Positions 48,585 through 61,297 of a DNA stretch of 64,000 nucleotides are shown here, in pieces. Position numbers and translations under genes: made by a program. Origin of the DNA: Malacoraja senta (lineage: Eukaryota); NCBI GenBank assembly GCA_038087875.1, contig CM075989.1:16618001-16682000 (forward strand), in the 5' to 3' direction. The notes under the pieces are model-generated. The model did no database searches. It was not told the DNA's origin and worked only from the letters and a program-made list of their open reading frames with translations. Each line of letters opens with the position of its first letter. The stretch's first letter is position 1.

Positions 48585-50280
48585 ATATATACACACATAA
48601 ATAAACAGATAAAGTGCAATAGGCTGTTATAGTTCAGAGTTTGTTTGATGACGAGTTTAATAGCCTGATGGCTGTGGGGAAGAAGCTGTTCATGAACCTG
48701 GATATACCAGATTTCAGGCTCCTGTACATTCTGCCTGATGGCAGCGGAGAGATGAGTGTGCGGCCAGGATGGTGTGGGTCCTTGATGCTGGCAGCCTTTT
48801 TGAGGCAGCGATTGCGATAGATCCTTTCGATGGTGGGGAGGTCAGAGCCGATGATGGACTGGGCAACGTTCTGCATTCTTTTCCGCTCCTGGATGCTCAA
48901 GCTGCCGAACCAATCCACGATGCAATCAGTCAGCATGCTCTCTACTGTGCACCTGTAGAAGTTCCAGAGAGTCCTCTTTGACATACTGACTCTCTGTAAT
49001 CTTCTCAGGAAGTAGAGGCGCTGATGTGCTTTCTTTATGATTGCATCAATGTGCTGGGACCAGGAAAGATCTTCTGAAATATGCACACCCAGGAATTTGA
49101 AGTTCTTGACCCTTTCCACCATCGTCCCGTTCATATAAACGGGATTGTGGATCCCTATCCTACCTCTTCCAAAGTCGACATTCAGTTCCTTGGTTTTGCT
49201 CTTGTTGAGAGCCAAGTTATTGTGCTGGCACCATTGGTCAATCGGTCGATCTCACTTCTATACTCTGACTCATCACCATCAGTGATTCGTCCCACAACAG
49301 TGGTGTTGTCGGCGCACTTGATGATGGAGTTCGCACTCTGTCTGGCTACGCAGTTGTGAGTGTAGAGTGAGTAAAGTAGGGGGCTGAGCACGCAGCCTTG
49401 AGGTGCTCCCGTGTTGATTGTTATCGAGGATCACACATTTCCACCAATATGGACAGACTGTGGTCTGTGGATGAGGAAGTCGAGGATCCAATTGCAGAGG
49501 GATGCGCAGAGACCCAGATCTGAGAGCTTGGTAACCAGCTTGGAGGGGATGATCGTATTAAACACTGAGCTGTAGTCAATGAATAACAGCCTGACATACG
49601 AGTTTTTGTTGTCCAAGTGGTCCAGAGCGGAGTGGAGAGCCAGTGAGATCGCATCCACCGTTGATCTGTTGTGGCGGTAAGCGAACTGCAGTGGGTCGAG
49701 GTTCTTGTCGAGGTAGGAGTTGATATGCGCCATAATCAACCTCTCAAAGCACTTCATCACCACAGACGTTAGTACCACTGGTCGATAGTCATTGAGGCAC
49801 ATCACCTTGCTTTTCTTGGGCATTGGTATTATTGATGCTCTTTTAAAGCAGATGGTAACCTCAGACCTCAGAAGTGAGAGGTTGAAAATGTCTGTAAAGA
49901 CTGCAGCCAGCTGGTCCACACAGGTTTTTAGAACACGACCGGGTATGCCATCAGGTCCAGGCGCTTTCCGAGGGTTCACCCTCCTGAAGGATCTTCTGAC
50001 ATCGGCCTCTGTGACTGTGACTGAAATACCATCACCGCGAATGGGGGCTCGGTAAGGCACATTAGTGTTCTTCCTATCAAACCGTGCATAAAACGCATTG
50101 AGCTCGTCAGGGAGTGATGCTTCGCTGACAATTGAGCTGCCTCCTGATTTCGCCTTGTAGGACGTGATGGCATTCAAGCCCTGCCACAGTTGCCAAACAT
50201 CCGTCTCATCCTCCAGCTTGGTGCAGAAGTCCCTTTTGGCCATTTTGATGGCCTTACCAAGGTCGTATCTGGACTTGATG
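48585..50280 (-). mobile_element. Rex1/Babar-clade LINE, 5'-truncated, RT region with few lesions
   Basis: RKAPGPDGIP, NDYRPV, LDPLQFAYR, LFIDYSS, K(C)ADNTTVVG, KFLGVHI, NSFFP. Confidence 0.92.
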
Positions 50281-50929
50281 AATTGATAAATCAGTGATTC
50301 ACAACTAAACACACTAAGATCACTCTGAACACCAACACGTTTCAATCTTTCACCATTAAATATTGTGCCTTTTTTTTTAATTTCACTGAATTGGATGATC
50401 TCACATTTTTTTAATCGTCATGTTGTCAACCACTTACCCTGTAAAGCCTCTCTGCATCTTCTGGTGAAGTTGAGTCAGGAAAGGACACGTACATATGAAT
50501 GCCAAAATCCCGATACTGACACCTCTCACACACCAGTTTTCAAGTATTAAGTTGCAGTTTTCTAATCTACAAACTAGAAAATAACAAGCAACTACCATTG
50601 ATCATCAATTTTGCCTTTACTTGTCCACATCACCACAAGGAATAATTCAGCAGCGGCCTGAAAGAACAGATAAAATGCACCAGTGGAGCAGAGAAGGTGC
50701 TCTTGACAACCAACTGTACAGAGTTCAGGAGATGTATGACAAAAGAGATTCTGTAAACTGTAATCTCAGTTTTATAGCCATATCATATATCATGATTCCC
50801 AGGATACTGCATTTAAATTAATTTTAAATGTTGTCCATTTGGTGAAAATGTGCAATTTGCCATTTTGGAAGGAAAAATTAAGTCAAACATCTAACTAATA
50901 AATCTAATTAATCAAAGATTTCAGAGCTC

Positions 50930-52190
50930 GTCACACAGAGGCTCTGGGTGTCTGGATGCAGAATTTGTAAAGGCCAGTATTCAGGTACAACAAGTAATTG
51001 GGAAGGTAAGGAAAATTAATTGTTTAGTGCAAAGGCAACAAATACAAAGGTAGAGAGATTATACATATGGAGTATTTTGTACACTACTCATCTCCTATTT
51101 TAGCAAAGCATATTAATGCATTGAAAAGTTTATGACTAATATCTGGAAAGAGCAGGTTGTTTAATGAGGAAGTAATGGGCAGCCTGGGTTTACAGAAGGC
51201 CGCTCCAGCGTGCTGCGTAGCTGAAGGTCGCCTAGGTACACAGCTGACATTAGGCCTGGCTCGCCCATTGCAGAACTGGTAACCCTGGTAGAGAGGGAAA
51301 CCGCCAAGTCCGGCCCCTGCTCGCATCGTGGACCGGAGAGGAGGGAGTCGGGGTTGGACAGGGACAGAGGACTAGTAAACAGACCTAGGGAGGTGGTCCA
51401 GTGCAGTCTGACAGTGGAGTGCGCCACTGGAGGCCCTGCAGCAGCCTGACACTCAACTGGAATGGGAGCTGCTCCAACAAGCCTAGCACGCGGACCGGAG
51501 GCGGCCTGCAGCAGCACAGAGCAGTGGAGCAGCGGTGGAGGACATCAACGGCCACATTTGGCCAGGCCGAACCACGAAAACAGGTTTTCATGATCACGTT
51601 AAGAACACTACACCTTTCACAAGGGGGACTTGAAAATTGTGCCAAAACTGCCGATTCTCTATCCTGTCTAAGTACACTACGACTATACACTTGTACTTGT
51701 AATTCTGAGATGCTTATCTAAAATGTATGTAAGTGCTTATGTATAGTGATAGTTGTACTGAACTGTATACAAAAATGAATTTCACTGTGCCTCGGCACAA
51801 GTGACAAATAAAGTACTATTTAACCATTGTACCTGTTGAAGTTTGGATGAATGTGAAAGAATTTGATTGAAATTCATCAGATCCTGAGAGAGGAAAAGCA
51901 AATTTTCCTTTTTTGGAAAAATCTAGAACTAGCAATCATTGTTTATTAAAAACCGGAGAACAGGGTTTCTCTCTGAGGATCATGAGTCGTTAGAACTCAT
52001 TCTCAAACCGTAGTAGTAAGTGTTTTGAATGTTCTGAAGGTAGTGGTAAATAGTTACTTGGAAAGCAAGGAAGTGAAGGATTACTGTGGGCAGACAGGAA
52101 TGTAGTAGAATTTAGGTTCCAATCAAATCAGCCATTAGCATTAAATGGCAGAGCACGCTCAAGGGAACATGTGGTCTACCATACACCTGC
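50930..52190 (+). mobile_element. Old CR1 3' fragment carrying a GC-rich nested insertion (about 51165-51830)
   Basis: caagtaattgggaagg, ggagtattttgtac, aatctagaactag, atcagccatt..aatggcagagca CR1 motifs on both sides. The insertion ends gtgacaaataaagtac. Confidence 0.55.
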
Positions 52191-52829
52191 TCCATCCATT
52201 CATCTGTAAATTACCTTTAAAATTCACCTGCGTTTTCATGTTTATCCTTTGATTTCTTGAACAATTTTGACTTCCAAATTCCATTTGATGTTCCTTACCC
52301 AAGAGATTTAGTTGAAGAAAATACACGTTAAGGAATATAACATCTGCACTTTCATTCTGTGGCATTACTCGATTCCAATAGAATTGTGCGTGGGAAGAGC
52401 TTCCGTACCAAGGATTACTAACATAGATCAAGAAATCACACCTTATCTCCATCATTCTACATTAAATATTCAGTTCAACTATTACAGAAAAATCAGATCT
52501 TCTAGTTAATTGTTTCAGATTTCCAGCACTTAGTACATTCCATTGGCAATTTTGGATACCGATTCTGCTTCCCCCACTTGTACCTACTTCTAAAGACCTT
52601 TTAACATCATACAGCATAGGAAGCAATAGCAGCATAGGAAAAGGCTTTTCAGTCAACTGCATCTGTGCAGTCATCAAGCATCTCTGCTGAGTATTTTTTT
52701 TTCTCATTATCTATCTGTTCTGCAACTTTGACCCAACTAATGCTTTATATATTTTGTATATGTTTCATATGCACCATAACACCCCCACCATTCCATTCCT
52801 ATAATCCTATGTTCTGGCTAATAGCAGTA

Positions 52830-53830
52830 CATATTCAGCATGGCTATTCAACCTGTGTTACTGCTTCCAGAGATTCTCCTTCAGTACCCTCTAAACACTC
52901 TACCCTTATCTTAAACCAACATCCTCTGGTTTTAGAGGATGCTCTGGGGATGCGTTTCCAGCTATGTAACCTATCTCTGCTCTTCATAATTTTGTATAAC
53001 TCCAGCAGGTTCTCCCTGAATCTTCTTGCTCCGAAGAAATCAAACATAGCGTATCCAAATAAATGCAACTCCATCCCAGGCAAACATCCTAGTAAATCAC
53101 CTTTGCGCCCTCTCTAGCGAAATTACATCCTTCCTATAGCTTGGCAATCAATACATACACAATACTCATATTGTGACTTAACTAGTGTTTTTTTTTTTTA
53201 AGTTGTACCTTTACCTCCCTGCTTATAATGTATACCCAATTAATTAAGTCAACTATTCCACAAGTCTTTTTCACCATCTTATCCATGCTGCCACATCAGG
53301 GATTGTTGAACTTGCAAACGAAGGTCCATTTGTACGATCCAATAACTGATAATTAAAAGCATATGTCCTCCCCAAAGTCACCTCACACTTCTCAGGATTA
53401 AATTCCATCTGCCACTGCTATGTCCTATCACCACTGTCTTGTAACCCTCCTCACTATTAACCCCACCAATCAATTTGTGCATCAAATCTATCAATCATAC
53501 ATCCTTCAACTAAATTTTTAATGTACAACAAACACCACAGGTCCCAACATTGGAACCTTGTGACCAGACATGTACCACAAGGATAAATCATAAAAAAAAC
53601 ATAACTGTCCACTGTCTCTTCCAATGCCTCCTATACCAAGAACATTTTGTATTCAATTTCCCCTGAATCTTAATCTAACCTTTTGGACCAGTTGCCTGTA
53701 TGGAACAGCAACAGGATGAAGCAGTAGCAAATGTTCCGAGGTGGGACTTTATCAAAGGCCGCACGGAAGTCCACAAGGACTATATCAATCACACTGGTGT
53801 CAAAGTTACTTAAGGTTGTTAAGGGTTGAC
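52830..53830 (-). mobile_element. Old CR1 fragment
   Basis: RRFRENLLELYKIMK..KTRG peptide. Degenerate RT pieces to about 53830. Confidence 0.65.
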
Positions 53831-54089
53831 AATCAAGCAGCCTGCTTCACCCTGATGATACCAAGCTTTCCAATTTCTTGGCACTGCAACACCAGGTAAA
53901 AGATCCCTCTAGAGCAGTGCTCATCTTCCTTTCCCCCTCCCCTATTTAAATATTGCTTTCTTCCTCCCAACAACTTTCGCCCAGAAAACAGGGGGAGGGG
54001 AGTCACCCAGCTATCAGAGGAGGAGGAGGAGGGTCCCCTAGAGAGTAAGGGGAATGTGGTGAGTGTGGGGGGTTCAGGGGTGTCACCCA

Positions 54090-54490
54090 GCGTCTCCCCA
54101 GGATGGGGGGCGTCTCCCCGGGGTGGGGTGGGGGCGTCTCCCCGGTGGTCCGTATCGCCCAGCCCAGCCCCGCCCGATGGCCGGCCTCGCCGGTCACAAT
54201 GAGCAGCGAGCGTGAGGTGGAAACCGCGCCGGCGCCGAAGCTGCAGCTCTTACCCCGACCGTCGCTTCCCTCCGCGGGCAGGCACCGCTCCTATCACCCT
54301 CAACTGCCCGGGGCCTGGTGTGGGCGGGTTGCTCGGGGCTGTCAGAGGCAGAGCCACCGGGTCGGGCACGTCTGAGCTCATCCCCGCGGCCATGAACAGC
54401 GCGCCCCTCACTGCCACTGCGCACGCGCCGCTCGTGCGGCGACGGGAGCGCGCAGGCGCATTACACGGATCCCCCCTCTGGCTGGGCCTG
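54090..54490 (-). promoter_or_regulatory. CpG island, probable ARNT2 promoter/5' region with NRF1-like motifs
   Basis: Dense CpG stretch around the ATG exon. TGCGCACGCGC (54418-54428) and GCGCAGGCGCA (54450-54460) resemble the NRF1 consensus. Confidence 0.7.
54254..54393 (-). CDS. ARNT2: ARNT2 first visible coding exon (MAAGMSSDVPDPVALP...VPARGGKRRS-G)
   Basis: ATG at 54393-54391 in a CpG-rich island. Encodes PARGGKRRSG, the ARNT2 N-terminal NLS-like motif. Ends GG|gtaag (phase 2), in frame with the next exon. Start codon assignment is inferred. Confidence 0.85.
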
Positions 54491-54940
54491 ACCCCCTTCC
54501 CTGTCACCCCCTTCCCTGTCACCCCCTTCACTCTCTTCCCTGTCACCCCCTTCGTCACCCCATCCCTGTCACCCCCTTCACTCTCTTCCCTGTCACCCCC
54601 TTCATCACCCCATCCCTGTCACCCCCATCCCTGTCACCCCCTTTCCTCTCTTCACCCCGATCCCCGTCACCCCCTTCACTCTCTTCCCTGTCACCCCTTC
54701 ATCCCCTTTCCCTAACGTCTCCTTCACCTCCTTTCCATCCCCTTCCCTAGCTTTCCCTATCGTCCCCTTCACTCTCTTCATCCCCTTCACCCCTTCCCCT
54801 GTCACCCCCTTCCCCTGTCACCCCTTTCCCTTCACCCCTTCCCTATCAGCCTCCCTGTCTGCTGTTCCCACACACTGTCCCCCTCTCTCACCCTTCTATC
54901 TATCCCTTCCTCTCTATCAGCCTCCCTGTCCCCTGCTCCG
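54490..54940. repeat. C-rich minisatellite (CCCTTCCCTGTCACCCC-like units)
   Basis: Many imperfect tandem copies of ccctgtcacccc. G-run-rich on the minus strand. Confidence 0.9.
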
Positions 54941-55098
54941 CCACATTGTCCTAATGATGGTAACGTTGGAGGAAGGAGATGATGTGATGAAAATTTCAAG
55001 TTTACATCTAGCCAGTCAGTACCCTGTGTCCATTTGTAAAATGAGCATAATTATAGCTTAATCTAATTTATAAGGTTGCTTTTTTTGATGGATATATT

Positions 55099-56395
55099 TA
55101 GAGTCAGAGAATGATAGTGTGGAAACAGGCCCTTCGGCCCAACATGTCCCATCTACACTAGTCCCACCTGCCTGCGCTTGGTCTATATCCCTCCAAACCT
55201 GTCCTATCCATGTACCTGGCTAACTGTTTCTTAAACGATGGGATAGTCCCAGCCTCAACTACCTCCTCTGGTTCAATACACCCACCACCCTTTGTGTGAA
55301 AAAGTTACCCCTCAGATTCCTATTAAATCTTTTCCCCTTCAACTTGAGCCTGTGTCCTCTGGTCCTCGATTTCCCTACTCTGGGCAAGAGACTCTGTGCA
55401 GCTACCTGATGTATTCCTCTCATGATTTTGTATACCTTTATAAGATCACCCCTCATCCTCCTGCGCTCCAAGAATAGAGACACCCCCCAACTCAACCTCT
55501 CCCTATAGCTCACACCCTCTAGTCCTGGCAGCATCCTCATAAATATTTTCTGAACTCTTTCAAGCTTGACAATATCTTTCCTATAACATGGTGCCCAGAC
55601 TGAACACAATATTCTAAATGCGGTCTCACCATCATCTTATACAACGGCAACATGACCTCCCAACTTGTATACTCAACACTGACTGATAAAAGCCTTATTG
55701 ACCAGCTTATCTACCTGCAACTCGATCTTCAAGGAACCATGCGCCTGCACTCCTAGATCGCTCTGCTCTACAACACTCCCCAGAGGCCTACCATTTATTG
55801 TGTAGGTCCTGCCCTTGTTAGACGTCCCAAATGCAACACCTCACACTTCTCTGTATTAAATTCCATCAACCATTCCTCAGCCCACCTGGCCAATCGATCC
55901 AGACCCTGCTGCAATCTTTCACAACCATCTTCACTATCTGCAAAACCACTCACTTTTGTATCATCAGCAAACTTGCTAATCTTACCCTGTATGTTCTCAT
56001 CCAAATCATTGATGTAGATGACAAACAGTAACGGGCCCAGCACCGAACCCTGAGGCACACCACTAGTCACAGGCCTCCAGTCCGAGAAGCAACCTTCCAC
56101 CATCACCCTCTGCTTCCTTCCATGGAACCAATTTGCTATCCATTCAGCTATCTCTCCTTGGATCCCATGCGATCTAACCTTCCAGAGCAGCCTACCATGC
56201 GGAAACTTGTCGAATGCCTTACTGAAATCCATGTACACAACATCTACAGCTCTGCCCTCATCGACCTTTTTGGTCACGTCTTCCAAAAACTCAATCAGAT
56301 TTGTGAGACACGACCTCCCACGTACAAAACCATGCTGTCTATCCCTAATCAGCCCTTGCCCATCCAAATGCCTGTATAACCTATCCCTCAGAATA
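55099..56395 (-). mobile_element. 5'-truncated CR1 LINE upstream of ARNT2
   Basis: QHGFVRGRSCLTNL, DFSKAFD, GVPQGSVLGP, KFADD, RTRGH. Same subfamily tail as 463-1203. Confidence 0.93.
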
Positions 56396-57109
56396 TTGTG
56401 GATTGATTTGCTCGGTTTGATTGCGAATAACATTTAAGGGAATTCAGAGACACAATGCACAAAATAGAGTATCACAAAAGGTGCTAGGTAAATGTATATC
56501 GTTCATTAAATAGCCATTTTAACGACTGAAACATAGTTGGAGTATATTTGAGAAGCATCTTTTATATTTGTAATGTTGCATCTTATTTTACAAGGCATGC
56601 TTTTCCTTCCCCATTAACGTTGACTTACCAATAAATGACAATTTTCTACCAGATTAATTATTCATAACAAAATGCTTTTCCTGAAGGAATCAAGTAATGC
56701 GTGTTTTCTGGAAGTGAACAAAGTGCAAAATAATTACATTCTAAACCTTGTTTTCAGATTGAATGTGTACCTTAACTTTGGTTGTGTTGCTGTTCAATAT
56801 ACCACCTGATCAGTGTGAACATCTTAGGACTCTGAAAGTGGAAAAGCACAATGGCAGGATTTAGCAGAGGCACAGTTAAAAGTAGCATGTTTATGTCAAT
56901 GTAATTTGTAAATTGGAGGAGCCATTTTTCATTTCATTTGGAAGTGCAAGATAGAACATGTCTGATGGGTCACGATGCACAAGTCCCCAGGCAATGGGGG
57001 AAATAAGTGTACCCAACATTAACCTTGTCTTGAAGACCACCTTTGTATGTGGCTGCATAAGCTGGACATAAAACCGAAGTATGCAACCACTATCACCACA
57101 TGTCTACAC

Positions 57110-57412
57110 AGTTTAGAGTGGCAGCTTGGAAACTGGCCCTTCGGCCCACTGAGTCTACGTCCACCAATGATCACACTAGTTATATGTTAATCCACTATCC
57201 TTACACATTATGGGCAATTTACAGAGGACAATTAACCTACAAACCCGCACATCTTTTGGATGTGGGAGGTAAACAGAGCACCCTGAGAAAACCCACGCGA
57301 TCACAGGGAGAACAGGTAAACTCCACACAAATAGCACCCGAGGTCAGGATCAAACCCGGTTCTCTGGTGCTGTGAGGCAGCAACTCTACCAGTTTTGCGA
57401 CTGCTGCCACAC
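57110..57412 (-). mobile_element. V-SINE (HE1-like)
   Basis: ggtagagttgctgcctcacagc head and V-core. Confidence 0.78.
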
Positions 57413-57419
57413 TGTGTAC

Positions 57420-58365
57420 CTCTTTGTGGGGACAAATGTTCCACCTGCCAGTGGTGTTGCTAAGGATGGGCCTGGCCTTGTTGCCATATAATGTTCCATT
57501 CAGTTGGATATTGGAGCACAAGCTGATCTTTGAGAAGAAGTCTATAGGAAGTCAACACAGAACATCCTATAGGCTTTATGGGAGAATGACACAAAGTAAG
57601 CTGTGGGATGGTTTCCCAAGCAGACTGGCAAAACCATCTGGCAGAATGCCTCTGCCAGAACTTGCCAACAAGCACCAAGAACTCACCTGACTGACAGTGA
57701 TCGAGGCACTCTCCATCATATCCTTCCTGCACTGTCAGAGTCTCAGTCCCAACACTTGCTGCCCTCACGATGGCCCTGCTGAGAACGAGATATTTGCATG
57801 CCTCTTTGTGGACTGTCCATTTGCAAAGAAGGTCTGGAAAAGGATGCAAGGGTCCATGTTAGGATTCGTCATGAGCAGCCGGGTAATCTGCTCTCTGATC
57901 TGCATGTACTCTCTGATCTATGACCTGTCTGCAGGGATGCAAACCAAGACAAACATCGGGTACAGCTGGAAAGTCTGTCCAAAACATTGACCTTCAGTAC
58001 AACAAGATGGGAATTTTGCTGACTGTCCATTTCATGCTGCAGAAATACATGCTAAGGAATGCACTGAAGCCTAGTGCAGCCAATGCAAAGGCTTTGTGGG
58101 AAAGGACTGCAGTCTAAGGTCCTTCTGCCACCAGATATTGAGGGGCCAGAAGGTTCTCAAACACTTGAATTTTGCACCATCCCAGGAGGTCACATGAGAA
58201 GCAATGGTGCTCTGTCTACAAAATGGGCGAATATTACAAATACAATGAAATGCTAACACTATTAATGAATAGTCTGAACGTCACTCTAAATTTAGTGAAA
58301 GTCATGCACTTTTTTTGCACTTGCATCATTTTTTATGGATAAAACTTACCTTTGAAGTAAAATAA
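57420..58365 (+). mobile_element. Tx1/L1-clade LINE 3' fragment
   Basis: LFVDCPFAKKVW CCHC-like motif. Similar to 22205-23177. Confidence 0.6.
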
Positions 58366-61131
58366 GTTGAAAATTGAAGGACTTTTTCTTGCATTGAAAT
58401 GGGGACCAACTATCTGATAGCTGATGTCTCAACTTTTATTCTGGTGTATGCAGGAGTCACCCAACATTGAGAGTGCCACAGTGAAAGCTTGGCTGGTTGC
58501 TTTGCAAATTCTGCAAGTTCTGACTGCTGCTGTCACAGCTCAGTATGCTTGCAAGGTGTTCTGGCACTCCAGCAATGTATCCTGGAACAGTTTACTGGAT
58601 TGATAATGTGCTGCACCAAGGAAATGCCAATCACTCAGGTGAACAGAAATCTGCTGTCCACTATGAGGACGGGAGCATTCGTGATCTCACCGCTGCTACT
58701 CTGCTGGAGGCCTTGCTTTATAGTCAACGATCTGCCCAGATTGCCAGTGAGAGGAGTCTATCTCAGGTTAGGATTTCCAGGTCCTAACTTGATATTCAGT
58801 ACAGACTGCATTCTGTGATGAAAGTCAGTGCCTTCCACTGGCTACACACCATTGTTCCGTGCCCTGGGATAGACCAATTCAATCAGGCAAACCAGGTGGG
58901 AGAGACGGTTTAGTCGCCGACTATCCGACCATGGAGCAGGTAGCACAGGATTACATGGTACCCGTGGCGGAGGGAACTCCCCCGACCTGACCTGAACTTA
59001 TTGCTGTGGACCATAACATCTAATTGTTCACCCTTCATCACCAAGGTCCAATTTAAATGTAAAGCAGGATCTTTGATTGATTCCCAGCACTGATCCCTGT
59101 GATACCTCACTTTGGTGGTGGATGTATGGAATGAGCTGCCAAACGAGGTCATTGGAGCAGGTATATTAAAACATTTAAGAAGCATTTGGACAAATGCATG
59201 GATAGGAAAGCTTTAGAGGGCTATGGGCCAAACATTATTCCCTTTATCCTGTATCTGTACACTGTGTACATTTATAATCATGTATAGTCTTTTCGTTGAC
59301 TGGATAGCATGCAACATAATAGCTTTTCACTGTACCTCGGTACACGTGACAATAAACTAAACTAAACGTGGGCAGGTAGGACTAGTGTAGATTGGGCATC
59401 TTGGTCGACATGGGCAAGAAGAGCTGAAGGGCCTGTTTCCGTGCTCTATGACTTTACATTTTCTCACATTGTGCCCCAAATGCCACATTTTGTTGTCCAT
59501 TCGCCTAATCCATGATTATTTCTCTGTAAACTCCTCACGATATACATTGTAAATGGTTGTATTCCCAGCACTGATCCCTGTGATACGTCACTCGTTACAG
59601 GTTGCTAACTTTGCAGGTTATGTTTCTGTACACATAGCAAAAATGAATCCGTCGGTTATGAAAAATTCCTGAACAAAATTTTTTGATCATTAATTCTGCT
59701 TTTATTTCATTAATAATCATTAAATATAATAAAGTGTCAGTTTCAGCCAGTACATTTACCTCAAGTCATTGTAGTCAGAGTGAAATACTTCATGACATGA
59801 ATGATTGAGCAAAGATCAATATTGGTCACGCATGGTCTAAAAATTGCCTTAGTGCAGATCAGCAGTCTCCTCTTAAGTGTTTATGCTTGAAAGCTGTTCT
59901 GACTCATTTGCTGTTCTTTTAACCTTTTGCTGCTTCCTAAAGAAATTTTATTCTGTGCATCTCTAATTGGGCTCTGTTTCAAACATTAGCAGGGAAAGAT
60001 ATATAACAGCTCGACCCTGCATGTAATTCAATAAAATCATGGCTGATGTAATCTTTGACCTCAAGTCCATTATCCTGGTTAATTTCTGTAACATTGAATT
60101 CCCCCCCTATTCTAAAATTTACCTCAGCTTTGAATACCTTTAATAATTCCACATCCACAGCTATAAGGATAGAGAATTCCATAAACTCACAGCCCTCTGA
60201 GGAAACAATTTCCTCCCCATCTCCATCTTGAATGCCTTCATCCAGAGAAACATCCATCCATTTCTCCTGTTAAGCTTTTTCAGAATCTGACCATGAGGTC
60301 ACCTTCCACTCTTCTAAACTCCTGAGAGTGCTGCACCCATTGTTTGATCCTTTATCATAAGATAACAGTCTCATGCCAGTAATCAACTTGATGAACCTTA
60401 ACTTCTCTCAATCATGAACTATAACTGTCTACAGCAGTCCAATTATACTCTTGCCAGAGAACTGTTAGGTTTTAGCAATACTGGCTTACTGTTACTTCAA
60501 CCCTCTCATAATGAAGGTCAACATTCGATTCCCCTTCTTCATTTTTTGCTATACCTCCAAGCAACCTCTTTGCATTTCTTGTCTGAGAACACCCTGATCT
60601 CTTTTAACATTAATGTTTAATAGTCCCACACCATTTAAGTTTTTTTTTTTCTTCCTACCAAAGTAGATTAAATCTTAGTTCCCCACATTATTTAACCTAT
60701 TAAATAAATTGCCTTGATTTCTTCTAAAGTCCCATTAATTTAACGATGCTTTCAAATTAAGATTGGACAACACCCTGTTACAGTATATACTGAAAAATGA
60801 ATAAGTAGATTATTTAGATAACAACAAATAAAGCAGTGAAATGGCCTAATGTGAATGCTGACCTGGAAAAATAGTTGAATTTAAATTCTTCTTCCAATAA
60901 ATAAAGATCTGGCAGATCTTCCAGTAAATAAAGATCTGGATTATTCCTGTTGAAGACACATTATGGTCAAGTCACATTTTTGTAGGAGTGATCTCAGAAG
61001 ACCTCAACATCTAAATTTCATGATAGCAGCTGCTGTCAACACATGCATTTGTATGTTACATGGATAGCACATCTAAGGGAGTGGTCACCTCATAGCTTAT
61101 GTTTTCAGGCAGAGAGAGAGAATGGACCAGT

Positions 61132-61297
61132 CTTCTACTTGCGAATGAAACATAAACCAAAGGAATAGTTAGATCTCAAGCCGGGTGTTGAGCAGCCAGT
61201 TTGTTGTCTCTGCGTCAATGTCTGCCAGGCCCTGAGCTCCATTTGGTGGGTGGTAGAGCGGGCACCCAGAGATGACATGGTTGGCTGTCTGTTGTTC
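61132..61297 (-). mobile_element. 5'-truncated Ingi/Vingi-like LINE 3' end with 9-bp TSD
   Basis: EQQTANHVISGCPLYHPPNG..WLLNTRLEI* C-terminus, tail cattcgcaagtagaag. TGGACCAGT at 61123-61131 and 61298-61306. Confidence 0.65.

Noticed and set aside
54212..54715. 167-aa plus-strand ORF across the CpG island
   Set aside because: Explained by GC richness and the minisatellite; antisense to the ARNT2 exon, no recognisable domain.
61026..61040. gcagctgctgtcaac (AAAVN), resembling the ARNT2 exon-1 peptide
   Set aside because: Wrong strand for this gene, no ATG or donor context; chance match.
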